A DNA stretch of 63,654 nt, filler included, from Octopus bimaculoides (taxonomy: Eukaryota), in NCBI RefSeq assembly GCF_001194135.2. It is 5 parts of 5 records of this genome, joined end to end, with 100 filler letters (N's around TTAATTAATTAA, not from the genome) between each part and the next. Parts side by side here need not be neighbours in the genome. Positions count along the whole stretch, not along the records: positions 60,498 to 63,654 come from NC_068982.1; 4 more parts are not named here. The stretch is one strand, 5' to 3'. The notes beneath the pieces were generated by a model that did no database searches, was not told where the DNA came from, and saw nothing but the letters and a program-made list of their open reading frames with translations. Each line of letters opens with the position of its first letter. The first letter of the stretch is position 1. The position numbers and the translations under genes were made by a program. Shown here piece after piece: positions 62,589-63,654 of this stretch.

Positions 62589-63654
62589 GTGAATGATAGA
62601 GTTTTACACACACACACACGCGCGCGCCTTGTAGACGTATAAATATGTAGGACTGCAATTGGGAAAACGGAGAGAACAAGACATTCTGAGGTTGTCAATA
62701 TAGTCCATTATGTATGTATGTATATTTGTATGCATATTGCCTCTGTGTGTGTGTGGGAGGGTGTATTTGTGTACGCGTGTCTGTATGTGTGCATATGTAC
62801 GTATCTATTTGCATGTGTGTATATGTATGTGTGTGTATATGTATTTGTATGTGTATGCCTGTGTGTGTACGTGTGTGTATGTTTGTCCGTTTTATAGTTG
62901 GATGTGTGGGCGTTATCTGATGTGTAGAGTAATGAGTGGGTGTATGAATTGCAGGGTTTAGGGCGATTTAAAATGAACAGCAAACTAAAGAAATTATATG
63001 AAGACATGAAAAACACTTAATGAGGTTGTAGATATATATATATATATGTGTGTGTCTGTGTGTGTGTGTCTGTGTGTGTGTGTGTATGTGTGTGTGTGTG
63101 TGTGTGTGTTAGATGTCTCAGTATGAGTGTAGAAGCGTGTGTGTGCGTGTCAAAAAAAAAAATTAAAGAAAGGAAGAAAAATGCAGAGCCACAAACACAG
63201 ACACACATACACACAAGCACACGCACACACACTCATACGCACGCTTATATATATATATATTCGTATATATATATATCTGTATATATACACGCATGTATAT
63301 GCATATATACACATACATATATGTGTGTGTGCTTGTATGCATGTATATAAATATATTTATTTTATATTAGTGTGTGTGTGTATGCGCGCGTGTGTGTGTC
63401 TGTCTGTGTGAGTGTATGTGTGCATATATTCATATAAACATACATATATATACATATATATACATATATATACATATATATACACTCACACATTACATAT
63501 CCGTGCATAAATACAAACTCATAAACACATACTTGTTTATCTTTATATCTCTATATATTTGTACAGGTGTTGGAGTTTTATTTGTACATATATATATGTT
63601 TACATACACACACACATACATACACATACATTCATATATATATATATATATATA

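Noticed and set aside
714-63411. Long ORFs containing X runs or YI/CV/HT/LS repeats
   Set aside because: They are translations of N-gaps and di-/tetranucleotide microsatellites, not genes.

Overview
AT-rich, gapped animal genomic DNA. The SINE/LINE families and microsatellite load look like an octopod cephalopod; this is recognition from memory, not a database result. No confident host protein-coding gene is visible. Most long ORFs in the track run through N-gaps or microsatellites, and the informative ones are TE remnants. The window is a mosaic of three to four tRNA-derived SINE families, LINE remnants (CR1, Tx1/L1, RTE, possible R4/Dong), Penelope-like (PLE) pieces, and Tc1/mariner (DD34D, maT-like, DD36E) and hAT transposase relics. 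Four artificial 44N-TTAATTAATTAA-44N joins break contiguity. The most interesting signal is six type I hammerhead-ribozyme (HHR)-like folds in several element types. Two are minimal HHRs in PLE-type terminal repeats (211-247, 61282-61316). Two are in a tRNA-headed SINE with a microsatellite and an HHR tail (41451-41483, 43083-43126). Two are larger, extended-stem HHR variants with a CCGA core (31103-31147, and 55366-55427 inside a 345-bp repeat unit) that resemble retrozymes. Other candidates are one isolated coding-like exon, a microexon/mini-intron cassette, a fold-back inversion and a pre-miRNA-sized hairpin. All folds were derived by eye and none has been tested.
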